From the NCBI GenBank assembly GCA_965112735.1, contig OZ218964.1, forward strand, positions 2,418,001 through 2,482,000: 64,000 nt of DNA. The letters run 5' to 3'. The stretch is from Phaeosaccion multiseriatum. Its lineage: Eukaryota > Protista > Ochrophyta, other classes. Shown here in pieces: positions 1 to 13,088 of the stretch. Under the pieces are notes generated by a model. The model ran no database searches. It saw only the letters and a program-made list of their open reading frames with translations, and was not told the origin of the DNA. The translations under genes and the position numbers were made by a program. Numbering within the stretch: position 1 is the first letter of the stretch; every line of letters starts with the position of its first letter.

Positions 1-681
1 AGCAGCTGTTAAGGCCGAGTGAGGATGAAAGGGGGGTCGGTACCGGGATGTTGGGGGGGCAAAGGCGCAAAGGCGGCAAGGTGGATGATCAACAATTGAG
101 TCCTTTTCGCTCTTCTTTCTCTCTGTCCCTCGCTCTGTCGCTCTCTTTTATCTCTCCCTCCCTTCCTCCCTCCCTTCCTCCCTCCCCCTCCCTCTGGCCG
201 TGGGCCACAGACGCGTACACCGCTCTGCCTCGACAGCAGGCCAGGCAGCGCTCGCAGCGCCGGCGCCATGAAGAGGCGGAACGAACAGCGCCAGCAGCAG
301 GGCAGAGGGGGCAAGGGCGGTAGAGAGGGAGGGCTGCTGATGCGGGGGGCAGCGGCAGTTCTGCAGCAACAGCGGCACTCCGGCCAAGCCTCTGCGGTGA
401 GGGAGGGGAGGGAGGGAGGAAGAGACTTGGTGATACAGAGGGAGGGAGTGAGCGAGTGCGAGAGAGCGGGGGTGAAAGTGCGAGGGAGTTGAATTGGTGC
501 AGGAGGAAGTGAGGGAGCGAGAGCGGGGGGGGGGGGGGAGGAAGAAGGGTAGCAGCGCCGCCAGCATGGCAGTGAGGTCTCGCAACAGAGAAGACAGCGA
601 CGTGTGTATTGAATGAGTAATTGATGCCCTCGCACCCCGTACCCGGTCCCACGTGTGCTCTGCTGCTCTGCCGCACCATTC

Positions 682-2035
682 ATGTCTGCTCAATCCTGCT
701 CCACACGGTTCTACACCCCTCCTTTCTACTCCCCATCTCTCGTCCCAAAGGCCAAGCTTCGGAGTCGTCGGGAGAAGCAGCAGCAGCGGCGAGCAGAGGC
801 CATCACAATGACAGGCGTGGTTGGATCCAGCACGGCCAGGGAAGGAGCAAGGACAGTGACGGCTGCTGCTGCTGTACCACCAACAGTTGTATCTCGAGAC
901 GATGTGCTAGAGTGGGATACGCAGATGGAGATGGCACTGAACAGGAGGGCAGAGCTCGTCGAGGGCGGCAGGATGTTCGCCGTCAATGGAAGGTGAGGGG
1001 GGAGGAGGGAGGAAGGGGTGAGGGAGGGAGGGAGGGAGGGAGGGAGGGAGATGGCAGAGGATGGAGTATGCTATGGATCCAACGCACAAGGAGAGGGACC
1101 GACGAAACGATGGGTTGACTCCCCGCAGCACGGTGGTGCGCTCTGCTCTACCCCTAATGACATATGCTTCCTCCCTGCCTCCTTTCTTCCTTTCTTCATT
1201 CTTTCATTCCTTCCTTCCTTCCTTCCTTCCTTCCTTCCTTCCTTCCTTCCTTCCTTCCTTCCTTCCTTCCTTCCTTCCTTCCTTCCTTCCTTCCTTCCTT
1301 CCTTCCTTCCTTCCTTCCTTCCTTCCTTCCTTCCTTCCTTCCTTCCTTCCTTCCTTCCTTTCTTTCTTTCTTCCTTCCTTCCTCCCTCCCTCCCTCCCTT
1401 CCTTCCTTCCTTCCTTCCTTCCTTCCCTCCACTCATTGACTTAGCGTTCACTCTGACGACCTCCCCCCCCCCTCTCTCCTGTTCTCCACCCTCTCCACCC
1501 TCTCCTCCCCCTCCTCTCTGCCCACGCTTCCTCCCTTTTCTCCCCTGCTGCCAGAGAACAAGTACGCATCATCGAAGATCCTTCCGCCGCCGCCACCGGA
1601 GCGTCTTCCTTGCACAGAGACCGTTCCAGATCTGTGCAACAGCTTCGACCTCCCCCCTTGGAGTCAGCGCGGAGCAGTCTGCGATCGTTCCGGGCCTCGC
1701 GATCCCCCGGGATGGAGGGGAAGGGGCGGAAGGAGGATGCGTTGGGTGGAGGGCCAGGGGGAGGGGGGAGCATGAGCCATCGGAGCGTTCTCAATCTCGC
1801 CATGGGGGGGGGGGGGGAGAAGCTCTGTCTATGGCTCCAACACTCAGGAGGAGGAGGAGGAGGAGGAGGAGGAGGGGGGCGTCACAAATGGCTTCAGTAC
1901 CACCAACACCAGGAGAGGGAGAAGGGGCTGGGAGGGGAGGGCAAGGTATTGGACTTGGGTATCAGCAGAGGCCCATTGGAAGCCCCGTCACAGGGACGGG
2001 CAGGAGAAAGAAGGAGGGGGTATCATTGGTGGTAG
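682..2035 (+). pseudogene. Spliced low-complexity gene fragment in block A (other copies near 9.0-10.2, 15.2-16.3, 20.8-21.7 kb), probably decayed
   Basis: Exon 682-992 (AG|gtgagg) joins exon 1555 (ccag|A) in phase 2, giving ...FAVNGR-EQVRIIED. The second copy has W->TAG at ~9246, the third has a ~470 bp deletion at ~15210, and the fourth is cut at 21727. No domain recognised. Confidence 0.4.
1200..1425. repeat. (TTCC)n microsatellite, variable in length between array units
   Basis: Near-perfect TTCC run; homologous runs at ~9500 (short), 15480-15670 and ~21260. Confidence 0.95.
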
Positions 2036-3156
2036 TGGTGGTGGTGGCGGGGTTGGTGTTAGGCCGGAGTCAGCCCCTGTGAGTCGGGGGGGGAGGGGTG
2101 AAGGCGGGGGTAGCGGGGGAGAGGAGGGAGGGACACCGCGAGGGAGGGTAGCAGGAGGAGGGGCAAGAGGAGGAGTAGGAGGAAGAGGATGAGGAAGTGG
2201 AGGATGAGGGCGAGGCGGGCACGGCAGGTAGACGGGGAACCCATCCTCACTCACTCACTCGCTCACTCACTCATGCACTAAGTATTCACTTTCTAGCTCT
2301 ATTCTATAAGCGAAGTCCAGGAGGCAAATGCAATACACATGCTTCTCCAAGGTCGAGAGGCAAGCAGTACGATTCACAGATGGACACAATTGCGGCACTC
2401 CGTATCCACTGCCTCCCCGCTACTCTCTTCCGTCCGCTGGGAAACAGGGCTCACCTGTACGCTTCTATCTGATCCCACTTAATATTGCCGAGGGCAGGGC
2501 TCTCTTTGACGAGGGGGTAGAAATAGAGACCAGCAAGTAGCAGAGCACTGGGGAAGTCACTGAGTAATAGCTCATCTCGTTATTAGTTTACGTAATTAGT
2601 CACTGCGTACGTGTAGACGGATGGAGCGGAGCTTGCCTTTGGCCTCCACACGAGCACAACCCCCGCCTAGGACCTGACGTTCACCTTCGCCATTGTGTGT
2701 TTACCCATAACAACTCTTTTCTAAGCTGTGACTACTTGCTGTGCCCGCATGCCCCACCCAGGAAGGAAGCCCTCGGCCTCAATCCATCGGGATTGCACTC
2801 TCCCCCCTCCACATGAGCTCACCTTCCCTCTCACCCCCCCCCCCCCCTCCAGCTATACACTTCATCCATTGGTCCCTTAAGCTACACACGTGGCTCCCCT
2901 CCCCCCCCCGGACCCCCTGCCTCCTGCTGTACTCCGCTCCTCTCCGCGACAGAGCATCGCAATCACTTCACCGCTCTTACACCAAGCCAGTGTGTCGTGG
3001 GCTGTCTCTCTCTCGCATCGCATCCTGATGTACAGGCTCACTCGCATGGGCTGCATGACTGGCTGGTGCAAGCGAGCAAGCTGGAGCGGTACTCTTTCGT
3101 TGCCAAAGTCGTCACTGCCCCTACCAGCCCCCACCTCGCACATCCCTCCTACTCGC

Positions 3157-3944
3157 TCAGCCCATCTCCTCCGCCATGCTCTCCCACGTCTCGCTCCCCA
3201 CACTCCAGGGCCTCTCCAGCGGCAGGATTCCGCTCTCCTTGCCGAAGGTCGGATCCGTCCTTCGCATGAGGTCCAGCGCGGTTTGGGACCGGAAGAAGGC
3301 TGCTGCCGCCTCCATAAGTCGCTGCTCAATGTCCCGGCCGAGCTGATTCCGCCGTGCCCCAGCCAATGCCTTGTCCACCGAAGCACCGGCCGAGAGGAGC
3401 TGCCGCGCTATCCCGTGCTGGTCATTGTGGATGGCAGCAAGGAGAGGAGTCATAGCGGTTGCTGTGGTCGTATCGATGGGGGATCCCGCAGAGATGAGAC
3501 GAGCGACGACGGCCTCGCGCCTATTGTACGCTGCAAGGTAGAGGGCTGAAGCGCCAATGTTGGTTCGTTTGTCCACACGTGCTCCCGCAGAAAGAAGCTT
3601 CTCCACCACGGCGTCGTGTCCCTGTAGAGAGGCACCGAGAAGAGGAGAGGAACCTTCGAGGTCAGCCTTGTCGATGCTGGCGTGGGCCTTGATGAGCTGC
3701 TGTACGATACCCGCATGCCCATTAATCGATGCCGCCAGAAGCGGAGTAGCCCCGAGAATCTATTTCCTCAAAGTGGGGGAGAGGCCCATACACCGGATAA
3801 AAAGGGAACAGAGAGCTGCCCATTGCGTCGACACGTGAGCTTCCCACCGCACAAGGACCCTTTCTATGCTATACTCTTTCCTAAGGGCATCTTATAGGAG
3901 GGCGCTAGTCGTACCTCGCGCGTTAACGTTGCCTGATGCGCCAT
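3157..3944 (-). pseudogene. Ankyrin-repeat gene copy 1, internally deleted (last ~4 repeats plus constant tail); possibly a functional short form
   Basis: Retains putative exon 1 MAHQATLTRE|gtacga (ATG 3944). The ANK frame LGATPLLAASINGH...EEMG is open from ~3759 to 3157. At ~3757 the ANK exon is fused directly to intron-1 sequence, so the normal acceptor and repeats 1-4 are missing. Confidence 0.75.
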
Positions 3945-4061
3945 GGTGAGCAAGCGGCCCCTCCCTTGACACAGTAGTGCTGACAAAGGGGCTACAGAAG
4001 GCCCTCTCCGCGCCTGCTGTGCAGTAGTCGGTCGCTCTGCCTTTTGTATCAGGGCCTCCCC

Positions 4062-4774
4062 ATCCTCCCCATTATTATTATATTTTTTTCTAAAAGTAAC
4101 GTCTCCACCGCCCCGGGGGACAAAAGTTGATACCATTCTGTGTTGACTGTGTCGTCGGGCGATGTGTCGAATCGATCGTTCATGTCGGGCCCGCTGGAGC
4201 GCGACGGCCAATCGCCGCCGAATGACGCAAACAGCCCTCGCATAAGCCCTCATGTCCAGATGTTCGTGCCCCCCAGCCATGTGGGCGGCGAGTGTTTTGA
4301 TAAATATCAAATGCGCCTTGCTGTTCCATCCCAAAAGGGACGAAATGGTACCTCGTGGGGTCAAAGTGGATGTCTCCACCCTGGCCCTCCATGCCTACCT
4401 GAGGCACCCCATACTTGGTGCGCTTGGTGGCTTCAGCCTTCTTGGCTGCCGCGAGTGCTTCCTTCGATGCCTTGGCCCTATTGGTGATGTTGGTGGCATC
4501 AGTGAGCGTGATGTCGATCATCAGGGACTTGTGGCCATCCCCATATTCGCTCGTGGTCGGATGGAAGCTCAAACATCCTGGGGGGAGTCACGATGTCCAC
4601 CTCCATCTGTTTGGCCACGTGGGCGTCACCCCTCACGCCGTTGCCCCCCCCTTTCCCTTGTCTCGCGGTGACGGTTCGTTCCCTCATGAAGGGGAAGCCG
4701 ATGTTCTGCACTATCCCTCTGCCCAGTCAGGCCCTCGCTCTTCATCAACGCGACAAGTGCCTTCTGCACAGCGT
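4062..4774 (-). mobile_element. Decayed 5'-truncated non-LTR retrotransposon fragment, restriction-like endonuclease (RLE) C-terminus, CRE-like
   Basis: Frameshifted minus-strand pieces read NAVQKALVALM.., KQMEVDIV, KSLMIDITLTD..AAAKKAEATKRTKY, FVPFGMEQQG and IRRRLAVALQRA, the motif order of RLE domains. It ends in an A/(TAA)n tail (plus-strand attattattatattttttt, 4071-4089). Absent from the other three units, which carry only ~16 bp at this site. Confidence 0.8.
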
Positions 4775-5446
4775 TGGAGGTCTCTGAAGGCATTGGGTTT
4801 GGTGATCCGATTCACAGATCCTGATCCCAGGGGGGGGGAGTTCCTTGCGTGGGCGAGAGGGCAGAGGCTGTGCTGAGTGCGCACAGACGCGACCGCGCAG
4901 CTGCTGCCTAGATGCGCGGAGCTTGCCTTTGGCTTCCACACGAGCACAACCCCCGCCTAGGACCTGGCGTTCACCTTAACAACTGTGTGTTTAGCAGGGC
5001 AGTACCCTTCTCCAATAAGATATGACTCTTTGCTGTGCCCGCATGCCCCACCCAGGAAGGAAGCCCTCGGCCTCCATCCATCGGGATTACAATCTCTTCC
5101 CTTCAAACGAGCTGACCTTCCCTCTCACCCCCCCCCCCCTCAAGCTATACACTTCATCCATTGGTCCCTTAAGCTACACACGTGACTCCCCTCCCCCCCG
5201 GACCCCCTACCTCCTGCTGTACTCCGCTCCTCTCTGCGACAGAGCATCGCAATCACTTCACCGCTCTTACAACAAGCCAGTGTGCTGTGGACAGTCTCTC
5301 TCTCGCATCGCATTCTGATTTACAGGCTCACTCGCATGGGCTGCATGACTGGCTGGTGCAAGCGAGCAAGCTGGAGCGGTAGTCTTTCGTTGCCAAAGTC
5401 CTCGTTGCCCCTACCAGCCCCCACCTCGCACATCCCTCCTACTCGC

Positions 5447-7231
5447 TCAGCCCATCTCCTCCGCCATGCTCTCCCACGTCTCGCTCCCCACACTCCAGGG
5501 CCTCTCCAGCGGCAGGATTCCGCTCTCCTTGCCGAAGGTCGGATCCGTCCTTCGCATGAGGTCCAGCGCGGTTTGGGACCGGAAGAAGGCTGCTGCCGCC
5601 TCCATAAGTCGCTGCTCAATGTCCCGGCCGAGCTGACAACGCTGTGCCCCAGCCAAGGCCTTGTCCACCGAAGCACCGGCCGAGAGGAGCTGCCGCGTTA
5701 TCCCGTAGTGGTCATTGTGGATGGCAGCAAGGAGAGGGGTGACACCGTGTGATGCCGTGGTATCGATGGGGGATCCCGCAGGTATGAGACGAGCGACGAC
5801 GGCCTCGTGCCCACTCTCCGCGGCAAGGTGGAGGGGTGAAGCGCCATTGTTGGCCCGCTTGTCCACATGTGCTCCCGCAGAGAGAAGCTTCTCCACCACG
5901 GCGTCGTGCCCCTCCTGACAGGCACCGTGAAGAGGAGTGACACCTTTGACGTCAGCCTTGTCGATGCTGGCGTGGGCCCTGATGAGCTGCTGTACGATGC
6001 CCGCATGCCCATATCGGGATGCCTGGAGAAGCGGAGTAGCCCCGATATTATCTGCGTTGTTCACATCCGCTTGGGCTGAGATGAGGTGCCTTACGACAGA
6101 GCCATGTCCGTTCTGAGAGGCAAGCCAAATCGGAGAGAAGCCCTGCTTCTCTGCCAAGTCGACGTTAGCGCGCGCCGAAAGCAGCTGCTGCACTGTCGTG
6201 GAGTGCCCCCTATCTGATGCTGCAATCAAGGGAGTAGCACCCTGGAGGTCAGCCTTGTCGATGCTGGCGTGGGCCCTGATGAGCTGCTGTACGATGCCCG
6301 CATGCCCTTTGGACGATGCCTGGTGAAGCGGAGTAATCCCGAGATTATCTGCGTTGTCCACATCCGCTTGGGCTGAGATGAGGTGCCTTACAACAGAGCT
6401 ATGTCCGTTCTGAGAGGCAAGCCAAATCGGAGAAGAACCGCCTTCCGCTGCCAAGTCGACGTTAGCACCCGCCGCCGAGAGCAGCTGCTGCACTGTCGTG
6501 GAGTGCCCCCTTTCTGATGCTGCAATCAAGGGAGTAAGTCCTCTGGTGTCCGCTTGGTCGACAGGGGCTCCAACGTCCAACAGCCACCTTACCACCTGAT
6601 CGCGTCCGTTGCCGCTAGCGGCTATCAACGGCGTGCTTCCGTGGGGTCCCTGTCTGGTGCGGAAGGAGGCCCCTTCCCGCAGCAGAAGGTCCATGACATC
6701 CAGCCGATCGTATTGTGCAGCCCTATACATTGCGGTATATCCTTCTTCGTCGATACGCTGATCCAAACTCGCTTTGCCATGTTTGGCGATGAGCTTGATA
6801 ACCAGCGCTCTCACATTGGGGAAGCTCTCCCCTCTGTCCAGCGCCTGCCCCAGCCGCCGCGCCTGGTGTGGTTGAGGAAAACGATGTCGGGGGGGAGAGG
6901 CGCACATGCATATGATAAAAAGATCAACGGGAAGCTGCTCATAGCTTCGATACGTGCGCATCCCACCTCAGGGATCGTATCCGAAAAGCCCCCCCTCGCT
7001 TGGATCTCTCCGAAACACAGATGTTTCCTCAAAAGCTGGGGAGAGGCGCATACACCGGATGAAAAGGGATCAACGGAGGCGAGGGCTGCCTGTTGCGTCG
7101 ACACGTGAGCATCCTTCACCGCAGCTATCGTATCCGCAGAGGGACCTATTCTTTCCGATGGACATCGTCATATCGTCATACAGGAGGGCGCTAGGTCGTA
7201 CCTCGGGCGTTAACGTTGCCTGCTGCGCCAT
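5447..7231 (-). CDS. Ankyrin-repeat protein copy 2 (11 repeats); probable exons 7231-7202 and 6862-5447
   Basis: Canonical 33-aa GxTPLxxAxxxGHxxxVxxLL repeats. The short exon MAQQATLTPE|gtacga is conserved in all copies and joins caccag|GCG in phase 0. The first exon is inferred. Confidence 0.9.
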
Positions 7232-10200
7232 GGTGAGCAAGCGGCCCCTCCCTTGAGACGGCAGTGCTGACAAGGGGGCTACAGAAGGCCCTCTCCCTGC
7301 TGCACCTGCCGTGCAGTAGTCGGTCGCTCTGCCTTTCTTATCAGGCCTCCCCGTGATATGTTTAGTTATGGAGGCCTCTGAAGGCATTGGGTTTGGTGAT
7401 CCGATTCACAGATCCCGATCCCAGGGGGGGGGGACTTCCTGCGAGAGCAAGCAGAGCAGGGGGAGAAGGAGAAGGGCAAGCAGGAGCAGGAGCGGCTGTA
7501 TGGATGAATCTCCCCCCCGCGAGACCAGCGGAGCCCATCACCTTCTCCCCCCTTCTCCTGCAGGGCCTGGGAATCAGCACTCCCTCCCTCGGTACGGCTC
7601 GGCTCTTCCAGCACCCCTGGACCGATTCCGAGGGCCTGGCCCCGTGGTGCACCACGAATGCTGAGGTGAGTGGTGGCGACTGCGTGAGGGGTGCGTGAGC
7701 GAGCCAAGCTGTGAGCCCCCTGCCTTCGGCTAGCTACAGCCTCACCTCCTCTTTAGGAGAGCTCCACTCGCCCACTCCCTTCCCCTCCCCCGCCCACCCC
7801 ACCTCCCAAACCCCATATCCCACACCCCCACAGCCGCTCAAACTCGTTCATTCTCCGGGCAGACAGGAGCTCCGGGTCGTCAGCGGGAGAAGGAAAGGGG
7901 GTGAGTAGCCGCATGCCGTCGCGAGGAGAGCATGTAGACGAACTCGAACCCGATGCCGATGCCGATGCCGATGTCAATGTCGATGTCGAAGGCGCATCCC
8001 CCGAGAAGCACCGGCGAGACGTGCCTCCTTCTCCTTGTCCTCGTCCTCCCACGCGGCCTTGTTGCAGCGCATGGGTCTCGCGATACCCAACTTTGGCCGT
8101 GTGCAGCAGTATGGAGACCTGCAGCGGGAGCTGGACACGCTCAGGGGGGAGGAGGAGAAGGACTACGCAGGAGGAGGGAGGACCCGAGCGACTAGAGGGG
8201 AGGGCTCTAGGCGGGGACAGACGACTCGGCCTGCCAGCACTCGGCCTCGGATGGAGGGGGGCGCCGGGCAGACCCAGGGGGGGGCAGGGTGAGCAGGTAC
8301 GGAAGGAAGCAAGTGGCTGTAGATGAAAGTTGAGGGCTGAAGGCTGAATGACAGCATGACGGCAGCTGTCAAGGCCGAGTGGGGATGGAGGGGGGTCGGT
8401 ACCAGGATGTTGGGGGGGCAAAGGCGCAAAGGCGGCAAGGTGGATGATCAACAATTGAGTCCCTTTCGCCCTTCTTTCTCTCTCTCTGTCGCTCTCGCTC
8501 TCTTTTATCTCTCTCTCTCTCTCTCCCTCCTTTTCTCCATCCCCCTCCCTCTGTCCGTGGGCCACAGACGCGAACACCGCTCTGTTTCGACAGCAGACCA
8601 GGCAGCGCAGAGGGAGAACGAACAGCGGCAGCAGCAGCGCAGAGGGGGAAAGGGCGGCAGAGAAGGAGGGCTGCTGATGCTGGGGGCGGCAGCGGTTCTG
8701 CAGCAACAGCGGCAATCCGGCCAAGCCTCTGCGGTGAGGGAGGGGAGGGAGGGAGGGAGGGAGGGAGGGAGGGAGGGAGTTGGTGATACAGAGGGAGGGA
8801 GTGAGCGAGTGCGAGTGAATGGGTGCGGGAGGAATTGAGGGCGTGAGAGCGGGGGGGCGGAGGAAGGAAGAAGGAAAGCAGCGTCGCCAGCACGGCAGTG
8901 AGGTCTCGCAACAGAGAAGACAGCGACGGGTGTATTGAATGAGTAATTGATGCCCTCGCACCCCGTACCCGGTCCCACGTGTGCTCTGCTCCTCTGCCGC
9001 TCTACCGCACCATTCATTCTGCTCGATCCTGCTCTACGCGGCTCTGTCCCACTCCTTTCTACTCCCCATCTCTCATCCTAAAGGCCAAGCTTCGGAGTCG
9101 TCGGGAGAAGCGGCAGCAGCGGCGAGCAGCGGCCATCGCGGCGACAGGCGTGGTTGGATACAGCACAGCCAGAGGAGGAGCAAGGCCGGTGACGGCTGTT
9201 GCTGCTGTACCACCAACTGTTGTATCTCAAGACGATGTGCTGGAGTAGGGTAAGCAGATCGAGATGGCACTGGACAGGAGGGCAGAGCTCATCGAAGGCG
9301 GCAAGATGGTCGCCGTCAATGGAAGGTGAGGGGGGAGGAGGGGTGAAGGGGTGAGGGAGGGAGGGAGGGATATGGCAGAGGATAGAGTATGCTATGGATC
9401 CAACGCACGAGGGGATGTACCGACGAAACGATGGGGTGACTCCCCGCAGCACGATGGTGCGCTCTGCTCTACCCCTCATGACATACGCTTCCTCCCTCCC
9501 TCCTTCCTTCCTTCCTTCCTTCCTTCCTTCTTTCCTTCCACTCATCGACTTAGCGTTCACTCTGACGACCTTCCCCCCCCCTCTCTTCTCTCTCTCTCCA
9601 CCCTCTCCACCCTCTCCTCCCCCTCCCCTCTGTCCACCCGTTTTCCCCTTTCTCCCCTGCTGCCAGAGAACAAGTACGCATCATCGAAGAATGTCCTCCC
9701 GCCGCCGCCGCCGGAGCGCCTTCCTTGCACAGAGACCGTTCCAGATCGGTACAAAACCTTCGACCTGCCCCCTTGGAGTCAACGCGGAGCGGTCTGCGAT
9801 CGTTCCGGGCCTCGCGATCCCCCCGGGGTGGAGGGGAGGGGCCGGGAGGAGGATACGTTGGGTGGAGGGCCAGGGGGAGGGGGGAGCATGAGCCATCGGA
9901 GCGTTCCCAATCTCGCCATTAGGGGGGGGGGGGAGAAGCTCTGTCTCTGTTTCTGTCTATGGCTCCAACACTCAGGAGGAGGGGGAGTGGGGCGTCACAA
10001 ATGGCTTCAGTATCACCAACACCAGGAGGGGGAGAGGGGTTGGGAGGGAGGACAAGGCATTGGACTTGGGTATCAGCAGAGGCCCATTGGACGCCCCGTC
10101 ACAGGGACGGGGAGGAGAGAGAATGAGGAGGTATCAGTGGTGGTGGCCGGGTTGGTGTTGGGCCGGCGTCAGCCCCTGTGAGTCGGGTGGGAGGGGTGAA

Positions 10201-11224
10201 GGCGGGGGTAGCGGGGGAGAGGAGGGAGGGATGCCGCGAGGGAGGGTAGCAGGAGGAGGGGCAGGAGGAGGAGCAGGAGGAAGAGGATGAGGACGAGGCG
10301 GGCAGGGCAGGTAGACGAGGAATCCATCCTCACTCACTCCATCACTCACTCACTCACCCGCTTATTCACTTTCTAGCTCTATTCTATAAACGAAGTCCAG
10401 AGAGCAAACGCAATACACATGCTTCTCCAAGGTCGAGAGGCAAGCAGCAAGATTCACAGATGGATACAATTTCGGCACTCCGTATCCACTGCCTCCCCGC
10501 TGCCCTCTTCCGTCCGCTGGGAAACATGTCTCACCCGTACGCTTCTATCTGATCCCCACTTGATATTGCCGAGGGCAGGGCTCTCTTAAGACGAGGGGGC
10601 ACAAATAGAGACCAAAAAGTAGCAGAGCACTGGGGAAGTCACTGAGTACCAGCTTGTCTTGTTTACGTAATCTTTCGTAATAGCAAAGTGTTTCATCAGT
10701 CACTGAGTACGCATAGACTCGATTGGGGGGAGCTTGCCTTTTGTCTCCACACGAGCACAACCCCCGCCAAGGACCTGGCGTTCACCTTCGCCATTGTGTG
10801 TTTACCCATATAAGATACGACTACTTGCTGTGCCCGCATGCCCCACCCAGGAAGGAAGCCCTCGGCCTCTATCCATCGGGATTACACTCTCTTCCCTTCA
10901 AACGAGCTGACCTTCCCTCCCCTCAAGCTATACACTACATCCATTGGTGCCGTAAGCGACACACGTGACTCCCCTCCCCCCCCGGGACCCCCTACCTCCT
11001 GTACTCCGCTCCTCTCTGTGACAGAGCATCGCAATCACTTCACCGCTCTTACACCAAGCCAGTGTGCCGTGGGCTGTCTCTCTCTCACATCGCATCCTGA
11101 TGTACAGGCTCACTCGCATGGGCTACGTGGCTGGTGCCAGCGAGCAAGCTGGAGCGGTACTGTTTCGTTGCCAAAGTCGTCGTTGCCCCTGCCCGCCCCC
11201 ACCCCACACATCCCTCCTGCTCGC

Positions 11225-12711
11225 TCAGCCCATCTCCTCCGCCATGCTCTCCCACGTGTCGCTCCCCACACTCCAGGGCCTCTCCAGCGGCAGGATTCCG
11301 CTCTCCTTGCCGAAGGTCGGATCCGTCCTTCGCATGAGGTCCAGCGCGGTTTGGGACCGGAAGAAGGCTGCTGCCGCCTCCATAAGTCGCTGCTCGATGC
11401 CGAGGCTGAGCTGACACCGCCGTGCCCCAGCCAAGGCCTTGTCCACCGAAGCATCGGCCGAGAGGAGCTGCCGCGCTATCCCGTGGTGGTCTTTGATGAT
11501 GGCAACAAGGAGAGGGGTGGTACCGTCTGGTGCCGGGATATCGATGGGGGATCCCGCAGAGATGAGACGAGCGACGACGGCCTCGTGCCCATTGTGCGCT
11601 GCCAGGTAGAGGGCTGAAGCGCCAAGGTAGGTTCGTTTGTCCACACGTGCTTTCGCAGAAAGAAGCTTCTCCACCACGGCGTCGTGCCCTTCGTTACAGG
11701 CAATGTGAAGAGGAGTGAAACCTTTGACATCAGCTTCGTCGATACTGGCGTGGGCCCTGATGAGCTGCTGTACGATACCCGCATGCCCGTGGAACGATGC
11801 CTTCGAAAGCGGAGTAGTCCCGTCATTACTTGCGTTGTTCACATCCGCTTGGGCTGAGATGAGGAGCCTTACAACAGATCCATGTCCGTTCTGAGAGGCC
11901 AGCCAAATCGGAGAATAACCGTCTTCCTCCGCCAAGTCGACGTTAGCACGCGCCGAGAGCAGCTGCTGCACTGTGGTGGAGTGTCCCACAGTTGATGCTG
12001 CAATCAAGGGAGTAAGTCCTCTGGCATCCACTTGGTCGACAGGGGCTCCAATGTCCAACAGCCGCCTCACCACCTGATCGCGTCCCGTTACGCTAGCGGC
12101 TATCAATGGAGTGTGTCCGACGAGCCCGCATCTGGTGCGGAAGGAGGCCCCTTCCCGCAGTAGAAGGTCCATGACATCCAGCCGACCGTATTGTGCAGCC
12201 CTATACATTGCCGTAGATCCTTCTTCGTCGATAAGCTGATCCAAACTCGCTTTGCCATGTTTGGCGATGAGCTTCCCAACCACCGCTCTCACTTTGCGGA
12301 AGCTGTCCCCTCTGTCCAGGGCCTGCCCCAGCTGCCGCGCCTAGTGTTGTTGAGGAAAACGATGTCCGGGGGGAGAGGCGCACATGCATAGGATAAAAGC
12401 GTCAACAGGAAGCTGCTGACTGCTTCAATACGTGCGCATCCCATCTCAGGGATCGTATCCGAAAAGCCCCCCCTCGCTTGGATCTCTCCGAAACACAGAT
12501 GTTTCCTCAAAAGCGGGGGAGAGGCCCATACACCGGATGAAAAGGGATCAACGGAGGGGAGAGCTGCCCACTGCGTCGACACGTGAGCTTCCCACCGCAG
12601 CTTCCGTATCCGCACAAGGACCCTCTCTATGCTCTATTCTTTCCTAAGGACATCGTCATATAGGAGGGCGCTAGATCGTACCTCGGGCGTTAACGTTGTC
12701 TGCTGCGCCAT
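11225..12711 (-). CDS. Ankyrin-repeat protein copy 3 (8 repeats); probable exons 12711-12682 and 12340-11225
   Basis: Intact ANK frame. The acceptor here is cactag (caccag in copies 2 and 4); TAG would be an in-frame stop if unspliced, which supports the intron. Confidence 0.88.
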
Positions 12712-13088
12712 ATTGAGCAAGCGGCCCCTCCCTTGAGACGGCAGTGCTGACAAGGGGGCTGCAGAAGGCCCTCTCCCTGCTGCGCCTGCTGTAAGTAGTT
12801 CGGTCGCTCTGCCTTTCTTATCAGGCCTCCCCGTGATGTTTTGTTATGGAGGCCTCTGGAGGCTTGGGGGGGGCTTGAATGCTCCAAATCACAGATCCCA
12901 TCTCCAGGGGGAGGCCCCTCACACACAGCGCTCTGCACCAAGAAGAGAAAGATACGCTCCTGTGTGTGTGTGTGGGACATAGAGCACTTATGGCGTAAGC
13001 AGCGCACGCAACACGCGGCCAGAGGAGGTGTAGTGGCTACGCGACACACGATCAAACAGACCGCGGCCAGCTCAGGGCAACGACAAGA

